A DNA stretch of 62,192 nucleotides, filler included, from Squatina squatina (lineage: Eukaryota): NCBI GenBank assembly GCA_031763465.1. It is 3 parts of 3 records of this genome, joined end to end, with 100 filler letters (N's around TTAATTAATTAA, not from the genome) between each part and the next. Parts side by side here need not be neighbours in the genome. Positions count along the whole stretch, not along the records: positions 26,150 to 43,737 come from JARFOE010000019.1; 2 more parts are not named here. One strand, given 5' to 3'. Positions 27,931-40,801 of the stretch are shown piece by piece; the stretch's first letter is position 1, and every line of letters begins with the position of its first letter. Below the pieces are notes generated by a model that was not told the DNA's origin, did not search any database, and saw nothing but the letters and a program-made list of their open reading frames with translations. The position numbers and the translations under genes were made by a program.

Positions 27931-28354
27931 GTACCCTATGGGAAGCGGGGCCAGCACTGGGGCTGTGTGTTCCAACATTGATTGGAGGGGGAGGGAACGA
28001 GCTATTAAGGTATTGCATCCAATTAGATTGTGCACCGTTAGTGCCGAAGGGAGTAGCTTTCCTCAGTTTCTATGTACCACTTGATATATAATCTTAGTTC
28101 CCATTAATATGTCTGTCTAAACACCTTGGGACGTTTCACTGCATTAAAGATACAATGTCTTTGCCAGTTGTTGTTCTATAGACTCTGGCGAAAGAGCAAA
28201 GGAGTAGGTCTCTTTGGAGAGCTCTTTCAAAGAGCGAGCACAGACACAATGGGCCGAAAGGCCTCCTTCTGTGCTGTACCATTCGAAGTTACTTTCACTA
28301 CAAAAGAGCAGAGAGAAAAAGGAAGAAGGGAAAATAAATAATAAGACTATTTAC

Positions 28355-28660
28355 CAACAAGAAAAACGGCAATTTGCATTTATATAGTGCCTTTAACATA
28401 GTAAAACGACCCACGGTGCCCCTCGGGACTGTTGGACTAAATTTGACTCTGAGCCACATGAGGAGACAGTAGGACAGATGACCAAAAGTTTGGTCAAAGA
28501 GGTTGGTTTTAAGGAGCGTCTTAAAGGATGAGGGAGAGGAGGAGAGGCGGAGAGGTTACGGGAGGGAATTCCAGGGCTCAGGGCCCAGGCAGCTGAAGGC
28601 ACTTGGTAGGAGTTAGGACACAGGCAGCAGAATCGTGGATGAGCTGAAGTTTGCGGAAGG
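28355..28660 (-). mobile_element. L2 LINE 3' end
   Basis: Inverted homolog of 7359-7608. Confidence 0.75.
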
Positions 28661-28680
28661 TAGAACAATTACGATCTTAC

Positions 28681-28738
28681 CTTTTAATGGCGACAATTTT
28701 ATTCCTGCATCTTCCTTTGTAAACTTTCCCAAATGAAC
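28681..28738 (-). CDS. TNNI3K: TNNI3-interacting kinase, single internal exon (Gly-rich loop to VAIK)
   Basis: 58 nt between cttag and gtaag. Encodes GSFGKVYKGRCRNKIVAIKR, the same as the TNNI3K kinase N-lobe as recalled. Confidence 0.88.
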
Positions 28739-29906
28739 CTAAGCGTTTTTAGACAGGTAAAAGGTGGTAAATCTCAACCTGCCATGTGAGAATTCACCGG
28801 ATCGCAATTTCCGGCACCTCCCATTTCAATCGCGTGGGGAGTTTTTATTTTTTTTTAGCTGCACTTTTATTTTACAGTTGATTTTTACAAGGTAGCACCA
28901 TTTATATCAGACACTTCAATCTTCAGTCTGAGACAAAAATTAAGTATTTTTTATCTAGTTTTGGCATAATGGCTATCATTTAAAATCGAGTCGCAATATA
29001 TAGGCCAGCTTCAATTAATTCCACGTTCCCAATCTAAATGTTGCACTCTTTGGTAGCTTGCCTCCAAGGTACAATGCTTGAGAGAGGAATCAAGCCATAT
29101 CATTCCAACATAAACAACACTGTGTTGTTAGTTCAGTTGTGTGCATGATTGAAAGCTCTTGTTATCAATATTTTAAATCCAAAGAGTTTTATAAGCTGTT
29201 TTATCGGCATTTAAGTGAGCTGAGTTGTTCCAATCAGTGAGGATCGGTTTGTAACCATCAAGAGTTAGGTTACACCATTGTCTTTCCCACAATGGTGAAA
29301 AATAATAAGAAAATAATCACTGTCTATATACATGTTAATTCAAAAGAATAGTAATTTAGTGAAGACAGAAATTGTGATCATTTCTTTTCCTTTCGAGAAG
29401 CTAAATAGTAACTTCGATAAATAAATGTTTTTTATTCAGTTCTTTATAACATTAGGAATCATGGGGGCAATTTTAATTATCAGGCAGCCAGCATGGGCCA
29501 GCCATCCAATCCTTCCGGCAGTAGGTCATGTCCATTTTGAGAGCGGGGCCTCATTACCATACCACCAATGAGCTACAATTTCCAAACAGATGCCCGGCTG
29601 CAGCTCGCCGGCTCTGGGCTGGTGCAATACTGGGTGCCCAAGAGGCCAACCTGAACGGCAGGTTGAAATGTAGGGGGTGGGGAGAGTTTGCAAATGAACC
29701 TAATTTGCATAGATTAATCCTGGCTGTGGGGGAGTAGAGGATGGTGTACAGGACCAGATTGTCATTTGGAGACATTTGAATGTACCCAAGCAAAATGAAG
29801 TTAACATCAGTGTACAAACTGAAATGTATTGCTCTGCATTGTAATCTAAGTCTGATTTATAAAGTGTCATCATGACTAAACACCAATATAATCTTCTTTC
29901 CGCTAG

Positions 29907-29957
29907 GTTGGTTTCAAGCCAAAAGTGGCTTTAAAGCCACCAAATCAGCACCGATGA
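29907..29957 (+). CDS. ADAM8: Probable ADAM8 terminal coding exon
   Basis: Acceptor tcttctttccgctag, then VGFKPKVALKPPNQHR*, resembling the ADAM8 tail motif PKVALKPP. Followed by AT-rich UTR-like DNA with AATAAA at 30370 and 31207. The match is short and leans on synteny with the SPEF1-like exon. Confidence 0.55.
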   Translation, partial: VGFKPKVALKPPNQHR

Positions 29958-31544
29958 AGAGGAAATGTGTAGCAACATCATTGCACTACAGGAGCACAGC
30001 TGTGAAGCTGCTAGAGTTGCTGTCTTTTTACTGACATGTCAGGAAGAAGATAAAAATATATCTTTTGGTTTCTTGCCATACAAGTTTATGCAATTCTAAG
30101 GAGGGAGGAAAAAACATAAAACACAGTACAAGACAGTGGCTAGGTTGAAATAACAGAAAACCAAGTGAAGAAAACTAAACATCTCCAGCAATGCTGATTT
30201 CATTGTACTGTTGCTTTGGTACTATTAAGGACATATTTTTCCTGTTTTTTTTTAATTATATAAATTAAAATGATTCTGCTGCAAACAGTGATGAGATGCA
30301 ATTTGTGAAGTAATCCTTCTATTTACAAAAGGAGTCATTTTGAAAACCCAAAGTGAAGAGGAGAAATTGAATAAAGTATTACGTTTGCCTGGCTTGACTT
30401 GATCTTGCAGAAAGTGCTAAGCTTTGGTGTGAATCAGGAAGCTCATTTTCCAGATCTCTTTCCTGAATTTTTCATAGAACAACTTTGTTTAATTGTCCAG
30501 CTGCACCACCGAATTGGAGTTGAGGCAAATTCAAAAACAGTCTCACAGATCACATTTCTGGAGGCTAACTTCAGGTTGGATGGCTCATGTGGAGAAAAAG
30601 ACTGGTGCAGAATGGGCCAAATGGCCTGTTTCTGTGCAGTACCATATTATGATTTGATGAAATTGGTCACAATCTAAACTGTCTGCCATTTAAAACTGTC
30701 CAAATTATGTTCCAATTAGCACAAATGGAAACCAGCCCAATGTCAGTACTGTCTCTTATTGAAACTGATTTATGTGTATGTCAGTGTGAACTTGCATTAA
30801 ATGACCCAGGATTTGAATTACCCTCCCAATACTGGCTAATTCTCCCTCCCTGTACTATTGGCAGGACTTGTCATACCATTTTCTCTTCTCACCAATATTG
30901 CACCATTCAATTTAAAAACAGTAAAATTGTGTATGGACAAAAATTATTTATTAAAAACACAACGAACAAACGTAAATTGCACAGCTCACCTTGGTATCCT
31001 TGCATGGATTTGATTACTGAACTTGGATTACAGCCCCAAGCTCATGAATGAACACAGTAACCAATCCTAAATAAGCAAGTTCAGTTTAGATGTAGGCAGA
31101 GTTTAGAGCTCATCACTAAAATGTACATTATTTCCCATCAACTTCAACCTTGTGCCTTAAATCACAGAATCATGACAAATGCTTGAAATATAAAAAGTTT
31201 GAATGGAATAAAATGTATTTATAATTCTACTTGTATGTCATCTACCAGTGCTTTTGTCCATTTGTATGCAAGGAACACATTTTTTTATTGATCTGCTTTT
31301 GTCTGCATAGATTTAATTTTGAAAGATGTGAGATAAATGGTTTAAACCAAAATTAGTGTCCGTTAAAGTTCAGATTTTTAAGTTGGCTTTCACAACAATG
31401 TGAATTCCAACAAAAAGCAATTTCAGGGGGAAAATAAATTTCAGTATCTGGTGCAAAAACCATTAACTGAAGTTTTGCTTGAATTACTTTGGTTTTTAAT
31501 TTAAAAAAATGTGAAGGTTAGCAGGAAGAAAGTAATGTAAATTT

Positions 31545-31640
31545 CTGAATTGAACTAGTATTTTTGCTAGCTAATGCTGAATTGAACCAGTATTTTTACT
31601 AGCTAATGCTGAATTGAACTAGTATTTTTGCTAGCTAATG
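31545..31640. repeat. 32-bp tandem repeat, 3 copies
   Basis: Unit CTGAATTGAACTAGTATTTTTGCTAGCTAATG. The middle copy has 2 substitutions. Confidence 0.95.
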
Positions 31641-32239
31641 ACGGACATGGAAAACTTATGATGGGAACATGAAAGTTCTTTCAAACATGTCCATGGTACT
31701 TGCACTGGAAAGAATGCCTTTAATCATATCAAAGGTGGTGGTGGGGAGGGCAAATCTCCTATAATTTATTTTAAATAGACATCATTTTGATTAGACCCAG
31801 AAGCAGAATCACTACATGAACATTTATTAAAAAAAATATGAATGCCCTCAATTGAAAGCCAACAAGAGTATTTTCCCACCTAAGGGCTTTTTGACTATCC
31901 CCATTCGTAGAAACTACCTGTTGCACAAAATGAATGTTTGTCTTTTTTAACTCTTCTCTACTACTATTTTAATCAGTGCCAAGTACTTACTGCTGATTTT
32001 ATGTTGTGAAAGGTTAATCAGATTCATGATTTCGGTCAATATTTGGTGAATTATGATGCCACTTTTGATCTAGTTTTAGCATTCGATTTTAAATCCATTG
32101 TGCCTAATCTCACGGAGATGTCCGTAATTTAATTGTTTGNNNNNNNNNNNNNNNNNNNNNNNNNNNNNNNNNNNNNNNNNNNNNNNNNNNNNNNNNNNNN
32201 NNNNNNNNNNNNNNNNNNNNNNNNNNNNNNNNNNNNNNN

Positions 32240-35200
32240 GGCTCCTCCGAGATTGCGCGTGCGCAGACCGACCTCCTCCGAGGTTGCACACGCGCAGTCG
32301 ATCTCTTCCTAGATTGCCCACACGCAGCCTGGGCTGCTCCGCGATTGCACACGCACAATCTGGGCTCTTCCGAGATTGAACGTGAAATCCCGGCTCATCC
32401 AAGATTGCGCGTGCACACATCGGGCTCCTCTGATGTTGCATACGAGCAGTCCGGGCTCCTCCGAGATTGCACGAGTGCAGTTTGGACACCTCTGAGGTTG
32501 TACTCGCGCAGTCCGGGTTCCTCCAAGATTACGCATGCGCCATCCGGGCTCCTCTGCGCTTGCGCGTGCGCAGTCCTGGCAGCTCCGATATTGCACACGC
32601 ACAGTCCGGTCTCCTCCAAGATTGCACACGCGCAGTCCGGGCTCCTCCGAGATTGCACACGCGCAGTCCGGGCTTCTCCGAGACTGCACACGCACAGTCC
32701 GGGCTTCTCCAAGACTGGGCTCCTTCGAGATTGCACACACGCAGTCCGGGCTCCTTCGAGATTGCGCGTTGCAGTCCGGGCTCCTCTGAGATTGCACATG
32801 TGCAGTCTGGGCTCCTCCGAGGTTGCGTGAAGTCCGGGCTTCTCCGAGATTGCGCGTGCGCAGATCGGGCTCCTCCGAGGTTGCACGATTGCAGTCCGGG
32901 CTCCTCCGAGGTTGCGCACGCGCACTCCATCTCCTCGGAGATTGAACGTGAAGTCCGGGTTCATCCAAGATTGCGCGGTCACAGACCGGACTCTTCCGAG
33001 ATTGCGCGTGCGCAGTCCGGGCTCCTCCAATATTGCACACACGCAGTCTGGGCTACTCCCAGATTACACATGCACAGTCCTGGCTGCTCCGAGATTGCAC
33101 ACGCGCAGTCCGGGCTCCTCCGAGATTGCCTGAAGTCTGGGCCCCTGTGAGATTGCGCTTGTGCAGTCCGGGCTCCTCTGAGGTTGCACATGTGCAGCGC
33201 TGGCTCCTCCGAGATTGCAAACGCACAGTCCAGGCTCCTCCGAGATTGTACACACGCAGTCCGGGCTTCTTCGAGATTGCACACGCGCAGTCCGGGCTCC
33301 TTCGAGATTGCGCGTTGCAGTCCGGGCTCCTCCGAGATTGCACATGTGCAGTCCGGGCTCCTCTGAGGTTGTGTGAAGTCCGGGCTTCTCCGAGATTGCG
33401 CGTGCGCAGACTGGGCTCCTCCGAGGTTGCACGAGTGCAGTCCGGGCTCCTCCGAGGTTGCACACGCGCAGTCCATCTCCTCCGAGATTGCCCACGCGCA
33501 GTCTGGGCTGCTCCGAGATTGCACACGTGCAGTCCGGGCGCCTACGAAACTGCACATGCGCAGTCCGGGCTCCTCCGAGATTGCAGGAGTGCAGTCCGGG
33601 CTCCTCCGAGATTGCATGAAGTCCGGGCTCCTCCGAGATTGCGCGTGCGCAGACCAGCCTCCTCCGAGGTTGCACACGCGCAGTCCATCTCTTCCGAGAT
33701 TGCCCACGCGCAGCCTGGGCTGCTCCGCGATTGCACACGCGCAATCTGGGCTCTTCCGAGATTGAACGTGAAGTCCGGGCTCATCCAAGATTGCGCGTGC
33801 ACAGACCGGGCTCCTCTGAGGTTGCACACGAGCAGTCCGGGCTCCTCCGAGATTGCACGAGTGCAGTTTGGACTCCTCTGAGGTTGTACTCGCGCAGTCC
33901 GGGCTCCACCGAGATTGCACACGCGCAGTTCGGGCTCCTCTGAGGTTGCACATGCGCAGTCGGGCTCCTCCGAGATTGCGCGTGCGCATTACGGGCTCCT
34001 CTGAGATTTCCCGTGCGCAATCCGGGCTCCTCCAAGATTGCACACGTGCAGTCTGGGCTACTCCGAGATTGCACAGGCGTAGTCCGGGCTCCTCCGAAGT
34101 TGCACACGCGCAATCCGGGCTCTTCTGAGATTGAATGTGAAGCCCAGGCTCATCTAAGATTGCGCGTTCACAGCCGGGCTTCCTCCGAGATTGCGCATGC
34201 GCAGTCTGGGCTACACCGAGATTGCACATGCGCAGTCTGGGCTCCTCCAAGATTGCGCGTGCGCAGACCAGGCTCCACTGATGTTACACACGCGCAGTCC
34301 GGGCTCCTCCAAGATTGCACGAGTGCAGTTCGGACTCCTCTGAGGTTGCACGCGTGCAGTCCGGGCTTCTCCGATATTGCACACGCGCAGTTGGGCTCCT
34401 CCGAGATTGTTTGAAGTCTGGGCTCCTCCGAGATTACGCATGCACCGTCCGGGCTCCTCCGCGCTTGCGCGTGCGCAGTCCTGGCTGCTTCGATATTGCA
34501 CACGCGCAGTCCAGACTTCTCCGAGACTGCACACATGCAGTCCAGGCTCCTTTGAGATTGCACACGTGCAGTCGGGCTCCTCCGAGGTTGCACATGCGCA
34601 GTCCGGGCTCCTCCGAGATTGCACACGCGCAGTCCGGGCTCCTCCGGGATTGCACACGTGCAGTCTGGACTCCTCCAAGATTGCGCGGTCACAGTCCGGG
34701 CGCCTCCAAGATTGCACACGCGCAGTCCGGGCTCCTCCGAGATTGCACACGCGCATTCCGGGCTTCTCCGAGATTGCACACATGCAGTGCGGGCTTCTCC
34801 GAGACTGCACACATGCAGTCCGGGCTCCTTTGAGATTGCACGTGCGCAGTCCGGGCTCCTCCGAGGTTGCACGTGCGCTGTCCGGGCTCCTCCGAGATTG
34901 CACACGCACAGTCCGGGCTCCTCCGGGATTGCACACGTGCAGTCCGGGCTCCTCCAAGTTTGCGCGGTCACAGTCCGGACTCTTCCGAGATTGCGCGTCC
35001 GCAATCCGGGCTCCTCCAATATTGCTCACGCGCAGTCTGGGCTAATCCGAGATTGCACATGCGCAGTCCGGGCTGCTCCGAGATTGCACACGCGCAGTCT
35101 GGGCTCCTCCGAGATTGCCCACGCGCAGCCTGGGCTCCTCCGAGATTGCCTGCAGTCTGGGCCCCTGTGAGATTGCGCTTGCGCAGTCCGGGCTCCTCTG

Positions 35201-38200
35201 AGGTTGCACATGTGCAGCGCTGGCTCCTCCGAGATTGCAAACGCACAGTTCTGGCTCCTCCGAGATTGCACACGCGCACCCCAGGCTCCTCTGAGGTTGC
35301 AGACGCGCAGTCCGGGCTCCTCCGGGATTGCACACGTGCAGTCCGGGCTCCTCCAAGGTTGCACACGCGCAGTCTGGGCTCCTGCAAGATTGCACACGCG
35401 CAGTCCGGGCTCCTCTGAGGTTGCACATGTGCAGCGCTGGCACCTCCGAGATTACAAACGCACAGTTCTGGCTCCTCCGAGATTGCATCAGCGCAGTCCA
35501 GGCTCCTCCGAGGTTGCACACGTGCAGTCCGGGCTCCCCCAAGGTTGCACACATGCAGTGCGTGCTTCTCCGAGACTGCACACATGCAGTCCGGGCTCCT
35601 TCGAGATTGCACGTGCGCAGTCCGGGCTCCTCTGAGATTGCGCGTTGCAGTGCGGGCTCCTCCGAGATTGCACGAGTGCAGTCCGGGTTCCTCCGAGATT
35701 GCGTGAAGTCCAGGTTTCTCCAAAATTGCGCGTGCGCAGACCGGGCTCCTTCGAGATTGCACGAGTGCAGTCCGGGCTCCTCCGACATTGCACGAGTGCA
35801 GTCGGGCTCCTCCGACATTGAGTGAAGTCCGGGCTTCTCCGAGATTGCGCGTGCGCAGACTGGGCTCCTCCGAGGTTGCACGAGTGCAGTCCGGGCTCCT
35901 CCGAGGTTGCACACGCGCAGTCCATCTCCTCCGAGATTGCCCACGCGCAGTCTGGGCTGCTCCGAGATTGCACACGTGCAGTCCGGGCGCCTACGAAACT
36001 GCACATGCGCAGTCCGGGCTCCTCCGAGATTGCGTGAAGTCCGGGCTCCTCCGAGATTGCGCGTGCGCAGACCGACCTCCTCCGAGGTTGCACACGCGCA
36101 GTCGATCTCTTCCTAGATTGCCCACACGCAGCCTGGGCTGCTCCGCGATTGCACACGCACAATCTGGGCTCTTCCGAGATTGAACGTGAAATCCCGGCTC
36201 ATCCAAGATTGCGCGTGCACACATCGGGCTCCTCTGATGTTGCATACGAGCAGTCCGGGCTCCTCCGAGATTGCACGAGTGCAGTTTGGACACCTCTGAG
36301 GTTGTACTCGCGCAGTCCGGGTTCCTCCAAGATTACGCATGCGCCATCCGGGCTCCTCTGCGCTTGCGCGTGCGCAGTCCTGGCAGCTCCGATATTGCAC
36401 ACGCACAGTCCGGTCTCCTCCAAGATTGCACACGCGCAGTCCGGGCTCCTCCGAGATTGCACACGCGCAGTCCGGGCTTCTCCGAGACTGCACACGCACA
36501 GTCCGGGCTTCTCCAAGACTGGGCTCCTTCGAGATTGCACACACGCAGTCCGGGCTCCTTCGAGATTGCGCGTTGCAGTCCGGGCTCCTCTGAGATTGCA
36601 CATGTGCAGTCTGGGCTCCTCCGAGGTTGCGTGAAGTCCGGGCTTCTCCGAGATTGCGCGTGCGCAGATCGGGCTCCTCCGAGGTTGCACGATTGCAGTC
36701 CGGGCTCCTCCGAGGTTGCGCACGCGCACTCCATCTCCTCGGAGATTGAACGTGAAGTCCGGGTTCATCCAAGATTGCGCGGTCACAGACCGGACTCTTC
36801 CGAGATTGCGCGTGCGCAGTCCGGGCTCCTCCAATATTGCACACACGCAGTCTGGGCTACTCCCAGATTACACATGCACAGTCCTGGCTGCTCCGAGATT
36901 GCACACGCGCAGTCCGGGCTCCTCCGAGATTGCCTGAAGTCTGGGCCCCTGTGAGATTGCGCTTGTGCAGTCCGGGCTCCTCTGAGGTTGCACATGTGCA
37001 GCGCTGGCTCCTCCGAGATTGCAAACGCACAGTCCAGGCTCCTCCGAGATTGTACACACGCAGTCCGGGCTTCTTCGAGATTGCACACGCGCAGTCCGGG
37101 CTCCTTCGAGATTGCGCGTTGCAGTCCGGGCTCCTCCGAGATTGCACATGTGCAGTCCGGGCTCCTCTGAGGTTGTGTGAAGTCCGGGCTTCTCCGAGAT
37201 TGCGCGTGCGCAGACTGGGCTCCTCCGAGGTTGCACGAGTGCAGTCCGGGCTCCTCCGAGGTTGCACACGCGCAGTCCATCTCCTCCGAGATTGCCCACG
37301 CGCAGTCTGGGCTGCTCCGAGATTGCACACGTGCAGTCCGGGCGCCTACGAAACTGCACATGCGCAGTCCGGGCTCCTCCGAGATTGCAGGAGTGCAGTC
37401 CGGGCTCCTCCGAGATTGCATGAAGTCCGGGCTCCTCCGAGATTGCGCGTGCGCAGACCAGCCTCCTCCGAGGTTGCACACGCGCAGTCCATCTCTTCCG
37501 AGATTGCCCACGCGCAGCCTGGGCTGCTCCGCGATTGCACACGCGCAATCTGGGCTCTTCCGAGATTGAACGTGAAGTCCGGGCTCATCCAAGATTGCGC
37601 GTGCACAGACCGGGCTCCTCTGAGGTTGCACACGAGCAGTCCGGGCTCCTCCGAGATTGCACGAGTGCAGTTTGGACTCCTCTGAGGTTGTACTCGCGCA
37701 GTCCGGGCTCCACCGAGATTGCACACGCGCAGTTCGGGCTCCTCTGAGGTTGCACATGCGCAGTCGGGCTCCTCCGAGATTGCGCGTGCGCATTACGGGC
37801 TCCTCTGAGATTTCCCGTGCGCAATCCGGGCTCCTCCAAGATTGCACACGTGCAGTCTGGGCTACTCCGAGATTGCACAGGCGTAGTCCGGGCTCCTCCG
37901 AAGTTGCACACGCGCAATCCGGGCTCTTCTGAGATTGAATGTGAAGCCCAGGCTCATCTAAGATTGCGCGTTCACAGCCGGGCTTCCTCCGAGATTGCGC
38001 ATGCGCAGTCTGGGCTACACCGAGATTGCACATGCGCAGTCTGGGCTCCTCCAAGATTGCGCGTGCGCAGACCAGGCTCCACTGATGTTACACACGCGCA
38101 GTCCGGGCTCCTCCAAGATTGCACGAGTGCAGTTCGGACTCCTCTGAGGTTGCACGCGTGCAGTCCGGGCTTCTCCGATATTGCACACGCGCAGTTGGGC

Positions 38201-40057
38201 TCCTCCGAGATTGTTTGAAGTCTGGGCTCCTCCGAGATTACGCATGCACCGTCCGGGCTCCTCCGCGCTTGCGCGTGCGCAGTCCTGGCTGCTTCGATAT
38301 TGCACACGCGCAGTCCAGACTTCTCCGAGACTGCACACATGCAGTCCAGGCTCCTTTGAGATTGCACACGTGCAGTCGGGCTCCTCCGAGGTTGCACATG
38401 CGCAGTCCGGGCTCCTCCGAGATTGCACACGCGCAGTCCGGGCTCCTCCGGGATTGCACACGTGCAGTCTGGACTCCTCCAAGATTGCGCGGTCACAGTC
38501 CGGGCGCCTCCAAGATTGCACACGCGCAGTCCGGGCTCCTCCGAGATTGCACACGCGCATTCCGGGCTTCTCCGAGATTGCACACATGCAGTGCGGGCTT
38601 CTCCGAGACTGCACACATGCAGTCCGGGCTCCTTTGAGATTGCACGTGCGCAGTCCGGGCTCCTCCGAGGTTGCACGTGCGCTGTCCGGGCTCCTCCGAG
38701 ATTGCACACGCACAGTCCGGGCTCCTCCGGGATTGCACACGTGCAGTCCGGGCTCCTCCAAGTTTGCGCGGTCACAGTCCGGACTCTTCCGAGATTGCGC
38801 GTCCGCAATCCGGGCTCCTCCAATATTGCTCACGCGCAGTCTGGGCTAATCCGAGATTGCACATGCGCAGTCCGGGCTGCTCCGAGATTGCACACGCGCA
38901 GTCTGGGCTCCTCCGAGATTGCCCACGCGCAGCCTGGGCTCCTCCGAGATTGCCTGCAGTCTGGGCCCCTGTGAGATTGCGCTTGCGCAGTCCGGGCTCC
39001 TCTGAGGTTGCACATGTGCAGCGCTGGCTCCTCCGAGATTGCAAACGCACAGTTCTGGCTCCTCCGAGATTGCACACGCGCACCCCAGGCTCCTCTGAGG
39101 TTGCAGACGCGCAGTCCGGGCTCCTCCGGGATTGCACACGTGCAGTCCGGGCTCCTCCAAGGTTGCACACGCGCAGTCTGGGCTCCTGCAAGATTGCACA
39201 CGCGCAGTCCGGGCTCCTCTGAGGTTGCACATGTGCAGCGCTGGCACCTCCGAGATTACAAACGCACAGTTCTGGCTCCTCCGAGATTGCATCAGCGCAG
39301 TCCAGGCTCCTCCGAGGTTGCACACGTGCAGTCCGGGCTCCCCCAAGGTTGCACACATGCAGTGCGTGCTTCTCCGAGACTGCACACATGCAGTCCGGGC
39401 TCCTTCGAGATTGCACGTGCGCAGTCCGGGCTCCTCTGAGATTGCGCGTTGCAGTGCGGGCTCCTCCGAGATTGCACGAGTGCAGTCCGGGTTCCTCCGA
39501 GATTGCGTGAAGTCCAGGTTTCTCCAAAATTGCGCGTGCGCAGACCGGGCTCCTTCGAGATTGCACGAGTGCAGTCCGGGCTCCTCCGACATTGCACGAG
39601 TGCAGTCGGGCTCCTCCGACATTGAGTGAAGTCCGGGCTTCTCCGAGATTGCGCGTGCGCAGACTGGGCTCCTCCGAGGTTGCACGAGTGCAGTCCGGGC
39701 TCCTCCGAGGTTGCACACGCGCAGTCCATCTCCTCCGAGATTGCCCACGCGCAGTCTGGGCTGCTCCGAGATTGCACACGTGCAGTCCGGGCGCCTACGA
39801 AACTGCACATGCGCAGTCCGGGCTCCTCCGAGATTGCGTGAAGTCCGGGCTCCTCCGAGATTGCGCGTGCGCAGACCGACCTCCTCCGAGGTTGCACACG
39901 CGCAGTCGATCTCTTCCTAGATTGTCCACGCGCAGCCTGGGCTGCTCCGCGATTGCACACGCACAATCTGGGCTCTTCCGAGATTGAACGTGAAATCCGG
40001 GCTCATCCAAGATTGCGCGTGCACACACCGGGCTCCTCTGATGTTGCACAGGAGCAG
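32240..40057. repeat. GC/CpG-rich minisatellite with a 31-bp monomer and a 3804-bp higher-order unit (about 2.05 copies)
   Basis: Consensus GAGATTGCACACGCGCAGTCCGGGCTCCTCC, with 27-30-bp variants. Identical ORFs recur at a +3804 offset (32309/36113, 32979/36783, 34968/38772). Confidence 0.97.
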
Positions 40058-40687
40058 CCACTTGTAGGGGAGTTAGGTGTAGGAGCAAAACGATGAATGC
40101 ATTTTTTTGCTACTAGTATCATCTTGAGCTGAGGTTTCACCAGTTTAAATTAATATCTGTGATTGTACAGTGACCACAGTGATACATAATTGAATGCTTG
40201 AGTATGAATCAAAACTGAATTACTGAATGGGTGGACACTTCTGAATCATTCGGTCTGGCTGCATAGATATGTTGTTGCTTTACCTTAGTTACCTGTGAAT
40301 TATGTAGGTTCCACCTCTAGCCACTGTCCAATCCCAACTCTGCCTCTTCCACAAAAACAAAAGTGCTGCATCATCACTTTCGACAGTCAAAATATGCTGC
40401 AAATTTTACCTGGTGTTAAACTGCATTTGCACAGCGGACCACGCAGCAGTGTATTCATTTCCAACATAATTCTAATGAGGTGTAACCTGAACAACATAAT
40501 GTTCCTCTGGTACCGACTCCATCAATCTACTCGGCTGAGCTGGTGGTGGATAAGCTCTGTGTTCCGGTTTGACCATTAGCTGAGCTTTCTATGCCAAAAT
40601 AGTCTTGGACCACATCACCCGCTCTGCTGCCCAAACCCCGATCCATGCCTCAGCCTGATGCAGAAAAGTTTTTCTTTGTTTTGTCAG

Positions 40688-40801
40688 ATTCTGCAGATGA
40701 AAGTACAGAGACTTGAGCATCTGGTTCAGCTGAAAGACCTCCGAATCGATGATCTGACAAGACACTTGAAGAAGTATAAATCAAAGGGCATAGCGAATTG
40801 A
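40688..40801 (+). CDS. SPEF1L: Sperm flagellar protein 1 family, terminal exon (probably the SPEF1-like paralog)
   Basis: Strong acceptor ending ttgtcag, then ILQMKVQRLEHLVQLKDLRIDDLTRHLKKYKSKGIAN*, matching the SPEF1 C-terminal coil (VLQMKVRRLEHLLQLKNVRIEDL). The choice of paralog is inferred from the ADAM8 linkage. Confidence 0.8.
   Translation: MLQMKVQRLEHLVQLKDLRIDDLTRHLKKYKSKGIAN

Noticed and set aside
32240-40057. Dozens of long Cys/Arg-rich ORFs, and a possible CRISPR-like array
   Set aside because: The 31-bp consensus lacks stop codons, so ORFs arise in all frames on both strands. There are no unique spacers and no cas genes.
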